The translations under genes were made by a program, and so were the position numbers. From IMG/VR virus record IMGVR_UViG_3300035701_000001: a stretch of DNA of 64,000 nt, one strand, 5' to 3'. The notes beneath the pieces are model-generated. The model was given only the letters and a program-made list of their open reading frames with translations. It searched no databases and was not told where the DNA came from. Position 1 is the first letter of the stretch. Every line of letters starts with the position of its first letter. Of this stretch, positions 48,492-57,324 are shown piece by piece. Source of the DNA: a virus.

Positions 48492-49105
48492 ACGGACCGG
48501 AAGCCGATACCCTCGTCGGGCTGGAGAAGCTGTTCGAAAGGGTAGAACGAGAGCGCGACGATGCCTTGGCCATCGTGGCGGAGTACAAAGCCGCACGAGA
48601 GGATGCACTCAACCTCCGTGAGGAAGCCCGTCGGGAACGCGATGATCTCCAGGCAAAGCTCACGGAGATATCCGGACTTTTCCGTTCCGAGGGGGCTCTC
48701 CGTATCCTGGAAGAACGGAATCGCCAGGTGACTGCCGAGGGCTGGACCCCAGAACATGACGACGGACATGTCCACGGAGAACTCGCCATCCGTGCCGCCG
48801 AACTGGCGGTGGACGGTACGGATGCCTGGGTAGACGACCCGAACTGTGACAAGGATCCCTGGGGACTTGTCCAGAAACACGGTCACTGCAGTAAAAACGG
48901 AGATCGCAAGCGGGCACTTGCCATTGCAGGGGCACTGCTGGCGGCGGAACTGGACCGCGTTCTTCGCAAAAATATCCATGCAAAAGCCGAGTTCCTCCAC
49001 GAGGAGTACGGTGTGCCCGTGGAACATGCTGTCGGGATGCTCACGGGGAAGAAGCCCATCGGTACTTCCGATGAAGAGAGCGGATCGGGGGAAACCTCCC
49101 GATGA
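48488..49105 (+). CDS. coiled coil plus conserved phage ERxRQ..EGWTPEHDD domain
   Basis: EERNRQVTAEGWTPEHDDGHVHGELA...RALAIAGALLAAELDR. Confidence 0.75.
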   Translation: MNGPEADTLVGLEKLFERVERERDDALAIVAEYKAAREDALNLREEARRERDDLQAKLTEISGLFRSEGALRILEERNRQVTAEGWTPEHDDGHVHGELAIRAAELAVDGTDAWVDDPNCDKDPWGLVQKHGHCSKNGDRKRALAIAGALLAAELDRVLRKNIHAKAEFLHEEYGVPVEHAVGMLTGKKPIGTSDEESGSGETSR

Positions 49106-49494
49106 CTCGTTTTTTCTGGATGGCGGGCTTCCTGACCCTGTGGCTACTGATTCCACAGGTCTGGACCCTGGGATTCGAAGCAGTGTGGTTGTGGCGTATC
49201 TACAAGAAGAACGGGAGGAAAGCGTTCTGGTCCGCCCTGGATGCCTTCCTGCACTATTTGGACAACTACCGGCAGGACTTCGGACTGACCGCTGCACGGC
49301 TCGTCGAGCAGGGCCAGATCGTTCGGCCCGCAACGTTTCTTCCCGATATCACCCCCCTTCACATGCTCCTCTGGCCCCTATACTGGCCCTACGATGTCGC
49401 AACGATTCGCTTCGTCCAGACCGTCTTGCTCGTTGTGCTGGACGAAAATTCTCGAAACAATGAAAACACTCCAACCCATGGAAAATATCCATGA
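49102..49494 (+). CDS. membrane protein
   Basis: ATGA overlap; N-terminal TM. Confidence 0.65.
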   Translation: MTRFFWMAGFLTLWLLIPQVWTLGFEAVWLWRIYKKNGRKAFWSALDAFLHYLDNYRQDFGLTAARLVEQGQIVRPATFLPDITPLHMLLWPLYWPYDVATIRFVQTVLLVVLDENSRNNENTPTHGKYP

Positions 49495-49874
49495 GAACGA
49501 TCACGACACACCACGATAGACACGGGATCAACGACGAGACCGTCATCGAGGTCGATGACAAGGATCCGAACGCGGGGGGAGCCAGCCATCACTACGAGTT
49601 GTCCCGTCCTGTTCCTGGGTGGGGAACCACCAAGACCCACGCTCTCATCGACTTCCAGCATGGTCCCCGCCTGGACTTGAACAGCACTCCCGGCATCCTC
49701 GATGGGGCCATCCTCGCCGTCCTCATCGACCGCTACGAGTGCTTCCAGGCAGGCCCGTTCGCCTGCCGGGAGAACGCCCTCATCCTCACGAAGCTCCAGG
49801 AGGCGATGCACTGGATGAAGCATCGGGCCGATGAGCGCGCCCAGCGCAACGTGCTTGGCAAAAACGAGAAGTAA
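49491..49874 (+). CDS. tad1: Tad1-family anti-Thoeris signalling-molecule sponge
   Basis: GGASHHY; IDFQHGPR; GILD..IL..LIDR..CFQAGPFACRENALILTKLQEAMHWM..R...R..RNVLGKNEK matches the Tad1 sequence pattern as recalled, over the full length. Confidence 0.85.
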   Translation: MRTITTHHDRHGINDETVIEVDDKDPNAGGASHHYELSRPVPGWGTTKTHALIDFQHGPRLDLNSTPGILDGAILAVLIDRYECFQAGPFACRENALILTKLQEAMHWMKHRADERAQRNVLGKNEK

Positions 49875-49877
49875 GAC

Positions 49878-49961
49878 ATGAACCCGATCTGTGAAAAAAG
49901 CGGCTGTTTCCTGTTCTCCGATGGCACCCCCGAGCGGAAGGAATGCGAGGGCAACTGTTAA
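49878..49961 (+). pseudogene. 27-aa Cys module homologous to the N-terminus of 41486 gene, stopped by TAA
   Basis: CEKSGCFLFSDGTPERKECEGNC* vs CKANGCYRFASNTPERTACEGDCW. Confidence 0.5.
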
Positions 49962-50063
49962 CTCGAAGGACACGTATATCCGGTTCTTTTGCCCGAATCT
50001 CTCTGCTTCTTTCCGAATCTACTCCGCGAAGACGTTTCACTCGATATACCCAAGGAGAAGGTA

Positions 50064-50297
50064 ATGAAGATCACCTCTCAAGACAAGATCTCCAATCTCA
50101 TCGCAGTCAAAGACAACAAGATCCTTGGCTATCTACTGGAAATCGATCTGCGTACGTTCCATTATGTTCAACAAATTCCTACCGAAGGAAAAACCATGGA
50201 AGAGGCAGAGATCCGGAGAGGAGTCGCAGACTTTGTTCTCATTGGAGATCGGAAAAAGGCCAACAAGTTTTTCTTGAAGCATTTCAAGGAAAAATGA
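50064..50297 (+). CDS. hypothetical protein
   Basis: SD AAGGAG before ATG 50064. Confidence 0.65.
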   Translation: MKITSQDKISNLIAVKDNKILGYLLEIDLRTFHYVQQIPTEGKTMEEAEIRRGVADFVLIGDRKKANKFFLKHFKEK

Positions 50298-50370
50298 GGA
50301 TGAACTCAATATATTCTCTTAGAGTACCGATGTTGGAAAACAAGTTATCCACATACCAAAGGACAAGTCA

Positions 50371-50862
50371 ATGCCCGATCAACGAGAAGGAGCCTGGGGA
50401 TGGGTCGAGGTGGTCGAACGACGGGTCGTCTTCCCCTCGAACTGGGAAAAAATCTGGTTGCCCGACGGAGAGGTTGTCTCCGTCGCGTACATCAACCAAG
50501 ACACCGAGGAAATCCACTTCGAAGGATCCAGCCTGGGAAGCCTCCGCCAGAGTTGTACCTGCGATGGGCTCTACCTTTCGAAGGACGGGTCCGGACAGGA
50601 TGGATACCGACTCGAACTGGATACCCCCGAGAATCCCATCGGGCACCGGTTCTGGTCCGTCCACAGGGGGGAAAAGACCATTCCCGTGCAGAAAGCCCCT
50701 CCCATACAGGAAGGACTTCCTCCGGACTGCCAGGTTCTCACCCCGGAGGGATGTCGTCTCCTGAACACCCTGCAGCCGGGAGACAAGGTACTCGTCTGGA
50801 ACGATTCCCTCGGAAAATTGGTCGAACGGAACCTTCTGTCCTTCTCCCGGAACGGATCCTAG
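50371..50862 (+). CDS. hypothetical protein ending in a truncated Hint/intein-N-like segment
   Basis: GLPPDCQVLTPEGCRLLNTLQPGDKVLVWNDSLGKLVERNLL. Confidence 0.65.
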   Translation: MPDQREGAWGWVEVVERRVVFPSNWEKIWLPDGEVVSVAYINQDTEEIHFEGSSLGSLRQSCTCDGLYLSKDGSGQDGYRLELDTPENPIGHRFWSVHRGEKTIPVQKAPPIQEGLPPDCQVLTPEGCRLLNTLQPGDKVLVWNDSLGKLVERNLLSFSRNGS

Positions 50863-50884
50863 AAGTTCCAAAGGAGATACGAAG

Positions 50885-51193
50885 ATGACAAGGACAGGAT
50901 TCCTCCTCCTTTATGCCTCGGTGACAGGCATGCTTTTCCTGTTCGCGTTCGGATGGATGGTCCAGGTCTTCTACCGTCTCGGAACCTCTGGATTCACCTT
51001 CGGCCCTGCCTGGGACTACGAGATGGACAAAGCCAGGGAAGGACTCCGCTGGGCTGGATGGACAGCCTTCCTCGGCTTGTTCTGGCCGATGGCCCTGGTT
51101 GCCGCTTTCTTGTTCCTCGTCTGGCAGATTGCAGTTCCTTGCTGGACGGGGCTCGAACGATTCTACCAGACATGGCAGGAGCCTCACCGATGA
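50885..51193 (+). CDS. 2-TM membrane protein
   Basis: SD AAGGAG; two hydrophobic segments. Confidence 0.7.
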   Translation: MTRTGFLLLYASVTGMLFLFAFGWMVQVFYRLGTSGFTFGPAWDYEMDKAREGLRWAGWTAFLGLFWPMALVAAFLFLVWQIAVPCWTGLERFYQTWQEPHR

Positions 51194-51420
51194 AATTCAC
51201 CGCCCGGTTCACCTTGGGTGCCCTCGTTCGCGGTACCGTCCGGCAGAAGCTGAAAGGTTACCTCGCGGGAATCGAGGGAATCTCTTACGACCTGGATGAG
51301 GACAAGGGATTCCTGGAATCCGACTTCCTGCTCACCGTGAGCGGAGACGACGAACAGATCGTGGAGCGGGTCAAGGCGGACATCCGGGACTACTTCGATC
51401 GGGCAAGGAGGGCCGGATGA
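51190..51420 (+). CDS. small hypothetical protein (EDKGFLESDF type)
   Basis: ATGA overlap, SD AGGAG. Confidence 0.7.
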   Translation: MKFTARFTLGALVRGTVRQKLKGYLAGIEGISYDLDEDKGFLESDFLLTVSGDDEQIVERVKADIRDYFDRARRAG

Positions 51421-51737
51421 ACAACAGCATTCGACAGGGCTCTGACCTCGCACGATTCCAGAGAGAAATCTACGACAACAAGGTCAAAAAGGGCTTCAAC
51501 GTCACGGACATTTACCTGGAGTTTTGTTATCTCCACGGAGAAGTGACGGAAGCCTTCGAAAGCTACCTGAAACAAAAACCGAACCAGGGAGAGGAACTCG
51601 CTGATATCGCAATCTTCCTCTTTGGACTCGCAGAGATCCTCCATGTGGATCTCGAAGCTGAGATCCTACGGAAGATGGAGAAGAACAGGAATCGCACCTA
51701 CGAAAAAGTGGGAGACGGCTTTGTCAAAAACGAGTGA
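51417..51737 (+). CDS. MazG-like nucleotide pyrophosphohydrolase
   Basis: LHGEVTEAFE...GEELADIAIFLFGLA...DLEAEILRKMEKNRNR. Confidence 0.85.
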   Translation: MNNSIRQGSDLARFQREIYDNKVKKGFNVTDIYLEFCYLHGEVTEAFESYLKQKPNQGEELADIAIFLFGLAEILHVDLEAEILRKMEKNRNRTYEKVGDGFVKNE

Positions 51738-51753
51738 ATCCGAACCCGAAAAG

Positions 51754-51927
51754 ATGGGGATGAAGAAGAAGGAACCCAACCAGCCGACTTCCCGGTACGG
51801 TCCCTGTCCTGAATGTGGGGATGAATCCTCCCTCATCGTATGGGGCTGGCACGGCATCTACTATGATTTGCAGTGTAAGAACGGCCACGATTGGACCTAC
51901 ACATTTCCAAATAAACAGGAAGGATGA
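51754..51927 (+). CDS. small Zn-ribbon protein
   Basis: CPECG...CKNGHDW. Confidence 0.6.
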   Translation: MGMKKKEPNQPTSRYGPCPECGDESSLIVWGWHGIYYDLQCKNGHDWTYTFPNKQEG

Positions 51928-51953
51928 TTCCGATGGAGACCAGAGGATAAAAG

Positions 51954-52544
51954 ATGAAAAAACACCTTACCTGGGCCGAAATCGCACACAGAGCAGAAAG
52001 TCCCGTTCCAGAAGAAGGGCCGATCCGAACGATCTTCTGGCACTTCTATGGCCAGACGGGGGGTTTCCCGCGCATCCACTCCTGTCCTGCCTTTCTCGCC
52101 ACAGGTGTCATCGACTACGTCCGACAGCGGCATGGCCTGGAGCCAGTCGAAGTCCTCTGCAACGAGTCGCTTACGATGGATCCAGGAGGAACGCTCTGGG
52201 GAGCGGACCATCCTCACCGCACGGCAAGTTTCGGGGAAGGAGAACAGTCTTACCCCCTTTCCATCCACCCCTACCATGCAGAGACTCTGCTTTCCTGGAT
52301 CCCTCAATGCCTGGGCGAACCTGAATACCGGAGAATCTTCGAAGGGGTCCCCTGCCTGAGGGTACCGTCCTTCCCGGCGCAGATCACGGTGTTTCCCCTT
52401 TCGGACTGTGAGGCAATCCTCGCCTTTCTCGATACGCTCCTCCCGGAACACGATGCCATCTGCAAAGAAGCCAAGCATCCTACCCAACGTCTGGGGGGGC
52501 CGAAGATGGAACCACGAATCCAGATGCGGAACCGGAGACCCTGA
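51954..52544 (+). CDS. hypothetical protein
   Basis: SD GAGGA. Confidence 0.7.
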   Translation: MKKHLTWAEIAHRAESPVPEEGPIRTIFWHFYGQTGGFPRIHSCPAFLATGVIDYVRQRHGLEPVEVLCNESLTMDPGGTLWGADHPHRTASFGEGEQSYPLSIHPYHAETLLSWIPQCLGEPEYRRIFEGVPCLRVPSFPAQITVFPLSDCEAILAFLDTLLPEHDAICKEAKHPTQRLGGPKMEPRIQMRNRRP

Positions 52545-52545
52545 A

Positions 52546-53421
52546 ATGCACCCGTACGACCAGAGTCCTTTCGTCGTCCCCCTCTCCCAGGATGACCTCT
52601 CTACCCTCGCACTCCCCCAGGGAAACTACGGAAATGGAGTGCACATCTCCCGCATGAACGGGAAGTGGCACCTCGAACCGGGAACGAATGAATGGAGGCC
52701 CCCTCGCAGGAAACGGAAGAGGGAATCCACCGTCCGGACCCTTGGGAGCCTGATGCGGGACATGCGGTCCGACCCCCAACCCATTCCCCTCGACTTGGAC
52801 GAGGTTGTCCTCTCCCCGCACCCGGCGGATCGCTGGGAGGTGGTCGGGCACTGGAACTTGGCAGGAGCCTGGAGAATCCGGGGAACGGAGGACTGGCCAT
52901 TCGGCGGACAGAAGAAGACCTGGGAAGAAGTCCAGGAAGAACCAAGTCCCAAACTCGTGGCCTGCCTGCCGGACGGAACGGTCTTCGTCCCACGCATCCC
53001 CTCTTTCCAGGAGGCCGAAGCCTGGGTCATCGCCCAGGACCTGTCCGTTCCGGAAACCCAGTGCGACTGCGGAAAGGTCCACTGGGGAGCGGGCAAGGTC
53101 GTTGGACTTCTCGTGAGTAACCTCGGATTCCCTGGCAAGCTGCCGATCCCGAACGTGAACCTGATCGTACAGGAACACTGCCGCAAGAACTTCCATGGCA
53201 AGTGCCCCGAGATGGTCCTGGACTTGCGGATTTGCGCATGGCTCCACTGCGTGGAACCCGGAGGGATGAGCCCCCTCGAATGGATGCGGACACGGGGAGA
53301 TGAAGAAGCGCGTACGGAGGCGGAGCGGATCCTCGAAGCAACCCGGAAGGCACAAGAGGAAAACGAGGCACAGTGGGCTCTTTTGCGCGCCCGACTTTCA
53401 AATGGGAAACCCCTGGCATGA
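52546..53421 (+). CDS. hypothetical protein
   Basis: SD GGAG; CDCG motif. Confidence 0.7.
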   Translation: MHPYDQSPFVVPLSQDDLSTLALPQGNYGNGVHISRMNGKWHLEPGTNEWRPPRRKRKRESTVRTLGSLMRDMRSDPQPIPLDLDEVVLSPHPADRWEVVGHWNLAGAWRIRGTEDWPFGGQKKTWEEVQEEPSPKLVACLPDGTVFVPRIPSFQEAEAWVIAQDLSVPETQCDCGKVHWGAGKVVGLLVSNLGFPGKLPIPNVNLIVQEHCRKNFHGKCPEMVLDLRICAWLHCVEPGGMSPLEWMRTRGDEEARTEAERILEATRKAQEENEAQWALLRARLSNGKPLA

Positions 53422-53440
53422 ACAGGCCAAACTTCTCGGA

Positions 53441-53688
53441 CTCCGCGTCCTCCGCGTCCTCTGCGGTGGAAAAGAAGGGCAGGATCACCACGAAGAACAC
53501 GAAGAACACGAAGGATCGGTCCGAACTCCGCGTTCTCCGCGTTCTCTGCGGTGGAAAAGAAGGGCAGAATCACCACGAAGAACACGAAGAACACGAAGGA
53601 TCGGACGGACCAAACTCCGCGTTCTCCGCGTCCTCTGCGGTGGAAAAGAAGGGCAGGATCACCACGAAGAACACGAAGAACACGAAGA
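53441..53688 (+). repeat. REP-like repeat family, locus 6 (three tandem B+A units, 85-89 bp)
   Basis: CTCCGCG unit starts at 53441, 53526, 53615. Confidence 0.95.
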
Positions 53689-53701
53689 AGGAAACCAAGG
53701 C

Positions 53702-54139
53702 ATGAACGACCTGGAACGACGTGGCAATTTTTGCCGGATCTATCAGTGCTCATCCTGTGGTACGGTACTGGCGGATGGCCCCATCGAAGAAACGTACTGG
53801 CTGACGCGAAAACGGAGAATCCAGGCGTGGGTATTTGGGTTGATCTCCTTCGGAGTCCTGCTTCTTCCTCTTTTTGAAAGAAATCCGAATGGAAAACCTC
53901 CCAAATTCGACAGGCCCCCCTCCTTCTTGATCTGCCCTCGGTGCGGAGCCGACAACGACAAGCTGGAGATGAAGTTCGCGGCTTGGGTCTCGACCTCCCA
54001 CTGGTTTCTGCCCTGGACCTGGGGACGGGGATCCTGGCTCTTGCGGGAGGATTTCCAGAGGCTTCTGACCGGAGAAGACGAGAAGCCGGAAGGAGGAGAA
54101 CTGACCTTGATGAAGGGAGGGAAGAGAAAGTCTGTTTGA
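53702..54139 (+). CDS. membrane protein with two CxxC pairs
   Basis: CSSCG...TM...CPRCG; SD AAGG. Confidence 0.7.
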   Translation: MNDLERRGNFCRIYQCSSCGTVLADGPIEETYWLTRKRRIQAWVFGLISFGVLLLPLFERNPNGKPPKFDRPPSFLICPRCGADNDKLEMKFAAWVSTSHWFLPWTWGRGSWLLREDFQRLLTGEDEKPEGGELTLMKGGKRKSV

Positions 54140-54164
54140 CACAGGCCGTGTCATCCAGTAGATT
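54136..54164 (+). promoter_or_regulatory. Promoter/operator copy 4
   Basis: TTGACAC AGGCC GTGTCA TCCAG TAGATT. Confidence 0.8.
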
Positions 54165-54181
54165 TCCCCTCGGAGGTTCCC

Positions 54182-54520
54182 ATGAAGATGCAGCGCTTCA
54201 TCATCCGATTCGTCTCCGAATGCGAGATGACCGTCTACGCCCCCGAGGGGACCGATGCGGAGGACATCGAGGAGATCGCCACAGAAATCGCCCAGTCTCC
54301 CTCCATCCATGGCTGGGATTTCCCCGAGTTCCAAGTGGACGTCCATCCACGGGACCTCGTCGATCTTTCCGAGTCCGACCGGCTACGGTCGGAACCGAAC
54401 GCCCACGGGTTCCGAGCCGTCCTGTCCGGCCCTCTCGCGGACAAAGACACCGTGGTCCTTTCGGATGGGAAAGACGATCTCGTGGCGCCGGAAGACGCCA
54501 CGTGGTGGGAAGCACCATGA
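54182..54520 (+). CDS. acidic hypothetical protein
   Basis: SD GGAGG. Confidence 0.75.
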   Translation: MKMQRFIIRFVSECEMTVYAPEGTDAEDIEEIATEIAQSPSIHGWDFPEFQVDVHPRDLVDLSESDRLRSEPNAHGFRAVLSGPLADKDTVVLSDGKDDLVAPEDATWWEAP

Positions 54521-54750
54521 AGTGGAAGAAAGTCCAACGGGAAGAGTCCAAGCTCGTCCTGCCCGCTCGGGTCTATAAAGCAGGACAGTGGATGGCCATT
54601 GTTGGCTTCCTCCTCCTCGCCTTTTCTTCTTGGATTGGACCCTTCCTCGACTCCTGGCTTCCCCGCTGGACTGCCCTCCTTCCCTCTCTCCTTCTCTTCG
54701 TTGGGCTCGGTGTCCACTTCCTCTGCGTTCCCGAGGAGAAGGAACCATGA
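54517..54750 (+). CDS. small 2-TM protein
   Basis: ATGA overlap. Confidence 0.7.
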   Translation: MKWKKVQREESKLVLPARVYKAGQWMAIVGFLLLAFSSWIGPFLDSWLPRWTALLPSLLLFVGLGVHFLCVPEEKEP

Positions 54751-54983
54751 AAAAAGGGGATTGGATGTGGAACAAGCCCTGGAGACTCGGGCTCATGGTT
54801 CTCACCTTCGGACTCTTGTTCGGAGGATGGGGGTGCATCTACCTCGTTCTTCTCCCAATCAAAGGAGGAGAGGGAGAAGCCGTCGCGTTCGTCGGCTGGC
54901 TTCTCCTCTGCTCTGCCCTCGGGAATGGACTGGCCCGGTTCGGAGAACGAAAGGGGCTAGACGGAGAAAAGGAGGAGCCCTGA
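54747..54983 (+). CDS. small 2-TM protein
   Basis: ATGA overlap, SD AAGGA. Confidence 0.7.
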   Translation: MKKGDWMWNKPWRLGLMVLTFGLLFGGWGCIYLVLLPIKGGEGEAVAFVGWLLLCSALGNGLARFGERKGLDGEKEEP

Positions 54984-55216
54984 TACCCGGAAAACCCATC
55001 CTCTCCCCCTGGAGAATCCTCCTCACGTTCCTGTTCTACGGATCGGTTCTCGTCCTGTTCGGGCTCGTCCTCTTCACCAACTTCCTCGCGGATTCAGAAA
55101 CAGGAAGGCTCGGGTGGATCCTCCTGGTCTTCTACGGGTGCGGCTTTCTCATCCAGAGACTCATCCGACTCGGAAGACGGATGGGATTCGAGGAAGAAGA
55201 AGGAGTGGAATCCTGA
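54980..55216 (+). CDS. small 2-TM protein with apparent CTG start
   Basis: SD AAGGAGG then CTGA in the usual ATGA position. Confidence 0.55.
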   Translation: MIPGKPILSPWRILLTFLFYGSVLVLFGLVLFTNFLADSETGRLGWILLVFYGCGFLIQRLIRLGRRMGFEEEEGVES

Positions 55217-55304
55217 TGCCTGCACGAATGCCCGGAAGGGACTGCCTTCGAAGACCTTCTGGTTGTCTGTCTAGTACAAAGTCGTCCATCCGGAGGATAG
55301 GCAC

Positions 55305-55589
55305 ATGCTGGAAGTAATCTCTTGGATGTTGGAAAACCCAAACTGCGTGGTCAAAGTTCTGGTGCAAGGAACAACAGTTAAGATCGAACTCCCCGTTCTC
55401 GACTTGGGGGTGTGGGTCCGAAACGGTGTCCTAACCCATCCGGGAAGCCACCAGTTCACGCACAGCGGTGAAGAGGAACTCGTGCTGTTCAGATGGGATG
55501 AAAGTGCTCATCCTACGTTTGCCCGCGAGTTCGCTACCCTTTGCTGTGTGAACGGCATCTTTCAGTTCTGTCCCCCTATGAACGGGTGA
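55305..55589 (+). CDS. hypothetical protein
   Basis: SD GGAGG. Confidence 0.6.
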   Translation: MLEVISWMLENPNCVVKVLVQGTTVKIELPVLDLGVWVRNGVLTHPGSHQFTHSGEEELVLFRWDESAHPTFAREFATLCCVNGIFQFCPPMNG

Positions 55590-55686
55590 TGGAGACCGCA
55601 CACGACGTCCTCTTCGCAGGTGGACAACAGGAAGACGACCGGGGCAGAAACCTGGAACTCGACGGAGAAAAAGAGGTGAAATCCTG

Positions 55687-55851
55687 ATGCCTGCACGCTG
55701 GAAATCTTCAGAACGGTGGTTCTTCGCGGCCGTCATCGCCATCGTCATCCTGGGGTCCACCCTCGTCCACTGGATCGACCAGGCCTGGCCCGATCCACCT
55801 CCCTGTGACTGTTCCTGCGAAGAGTTGGCCCCCGGAGCGACCTCCCCATGA
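55687..55851 (+). CDS. small 1-TM protein (54 aa, not in ORF track)
   Basis: MPARWKSSERWFFAAVIAIVILGSTLVHW...CDCSC; ends in ATGA overlap. Confidence 0.55.
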   Translation: MPARWKSSERWFFAAVIAIVILGSTLVHWIDQAWPDPPPCDCSCEELAPGATSP

Positions 55852-56258
55852 TGGCCGAGCTTGCCCTGGCCGCAGGATGGGGACTCCTCCTCGGGGTCCT
55901 GGTGGGCCACTTCTGGCCCCGCCACAAGGATCCATACAACCCATTGCACCCTCCGGTTTGCATCGGACAGGTCTGGAGGGATGCTGAGGGCAACGAGGGT
56001 GCCGTGTACGAGTTCGACTTCGACGATGTCCTGGTGGAATGGAAGAACCCCTCTGACTGGGGGACTTCTGTCAGCCCCTATTCCCCCATGACTCGTCGCA
56101 AGGGGAAACCTGCATCCCTGCGGGGACTATGTACACTCGCACGGGATGAACGGGGAAACGAGCCCGAGTTCCATCGGATGGAGAAAGCTTTACCAGGGGC
56201 TGGTGATCTCACACTCCTCCAGAATCCCGAGAAGAAAAAGCTCCGCGAGGTGCGATGA
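55848..56258 (+). CDS. N-terminally anchored hypothetical protein
   Basis: ATGA overlaps on both sides. Confidence 0.7.
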   Translation: MMAELALAAGWGLLLGVLVGHFWPRHKDPYNPLHPPVCIGQVWRDAEGNEGAVYEFDFDDVLVEWKNPSDWGTSVSPYSPMTRRKGKPASLRGLCTLARDERGNEPEFHRMEKALPGAGDLTLLQNPEKKKLREVR

Positions 56259-56593
56259 TGAATTCCCGTTCTCCCGGCGTCGGAAATCCGCTCACGTTCT
56301 GCTGCTGGAACTGCCGACGGAACAACCGAAAATTCGAGAACCCCATTCCGGATGGCCGAATCGACCAGGTCCTGATCATCGGCAAGACCCGGAAGAACCA
56401 TGCCCTCCTCGGTCGAGAAGCCTCTTCCCCAAGGATGCGGAAAATCCGGGTCCAATACCGCTGCCTGGACTGTGGGCATGTCGGATGGTCTGCGCATGTC
56501 GACCTCGTGAACCGGTTCGAGCAATGGCAGGCAACAATTCCCCAGGAATCCATCCCCTTTCCGAAAAAAGAAGAGAGGAACGAAACTTTATGA
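56255..56593 (+). CDS. basic CxxC protein
   Basis: SD GAGGTG; YRCLDCGHVGW. Confidence 0.65.
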   Translation: MMNSRSPGVGNPLTFCCWNCRRNNRKFENPIPDGRIDQVLIIGKTRKNHALLGREASSPRMRKIRVQYRCLDCGHVGWSAHVDLVNRFEQWQATIPQESIPFPKKEERNETL

Positions 56594-56871
56594 GCCATGA
56601 ACCGCCGAGTGATCTGGACCGTCTGCAGGCATCCCTCCAGGGCATCGAGGAGGCAATCCAGGATCAGACAAAGGTAATTTCAGAGCTTCATCATGGATTC
56701 CATACCGCTCTTGCCGAGGAATACCTGGAACGTGCGGTGAGTGCCGAAAGGAAGTGGAAGGAACTCGATGCCAAGCTGCGGAACCTGGCCGGGAAGTGGA
56801 AGAAAGCAAACTGCAACACATCCTTCGATGTCTGTGCTTGTGAATTGCTCTCCTTGTTGGACAAGTCATGA
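56590..56871 (+). CDS. coiled-coil hypothetical protein
   Basis: ATGA overlap. Confidence 0.65.
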   Translation: MSHEPPSDLDRLQASLQGIEEAIQDQTKVISELHHGFHTALAEEYLERAVSAERKWKELDAKLRNLAGKWKKANCNTSFDVCACELLSLLDKS

Positions 56872-57164
56872 CCTGTGAAAACTGGACCCCAAGCCTCTGG
56901 CGTACTCTCATCGGCGAATACCTGGAGGTCAAGCCAAGTCTCGTCGCAAACCGGATGACACCCAACGACATGACGGCACGGCAACAGGTGGGCCTCTACC
57001 TCAAGTCCTTCGGAGGCAACGCCCTCGTGACGTTTCGCTCCCTGCCTCGTGACGTGCAACGGGGATACCAGAAGCAGTGGCCCGAGTTCGAGGGGCTCCT
57101 GGAGCAGTGCATCCAGGAAGGACCCGGAAATCCGATGCCGCCTCCTGTCGATTCGGAGATCTGA
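56868..57164 (+). CDS. hypothetical protein
   Basis: ATGA overlap. Confidence 0.65.
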   Translation: MTCENWTPSLWRTLIGEYLEVKPSLVANRMTPNDMTARQQVGLYLKSFGGNALVTFRSLPRDVQRGYQKQWPEFEGLLEQCIQEGPGNPMPPPVDSEI

Positions 57165-57197
57165 CAGAGAGATTCACAAAAATGCAAGCAGAACATC

Positions 57198-57226
57198 TTG
57201 AAACCGGACGTGTCCTCGGGTAGAGG
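57198..57226 (+). promoter_or_regulatory. Promoter/operator copy 5
   Basis: TTGAAAC CGGAC GTGTCC TCGGG TAGAGG. Confidence 0.55.
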
Positions 57227-57324
57227 AGGGTGGAAACGCAACTTCCACGGAGGAACAGGCCATGTACAGACCCGGATGCGTGAGACAGGCTCCGATGATG
57301 CCCGCGATAGGCATGGGGGACTCG

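Noticed and set aside
53300-53701. N-terminal extension of the 53702 gene and other ORFs rich in HEEHEE/TKNTKN/RRTRRT
   Set aside because: They are translations of the 9-mer repeat, which keeps frames open; the true start is ATG 53702 with SD AAGG.
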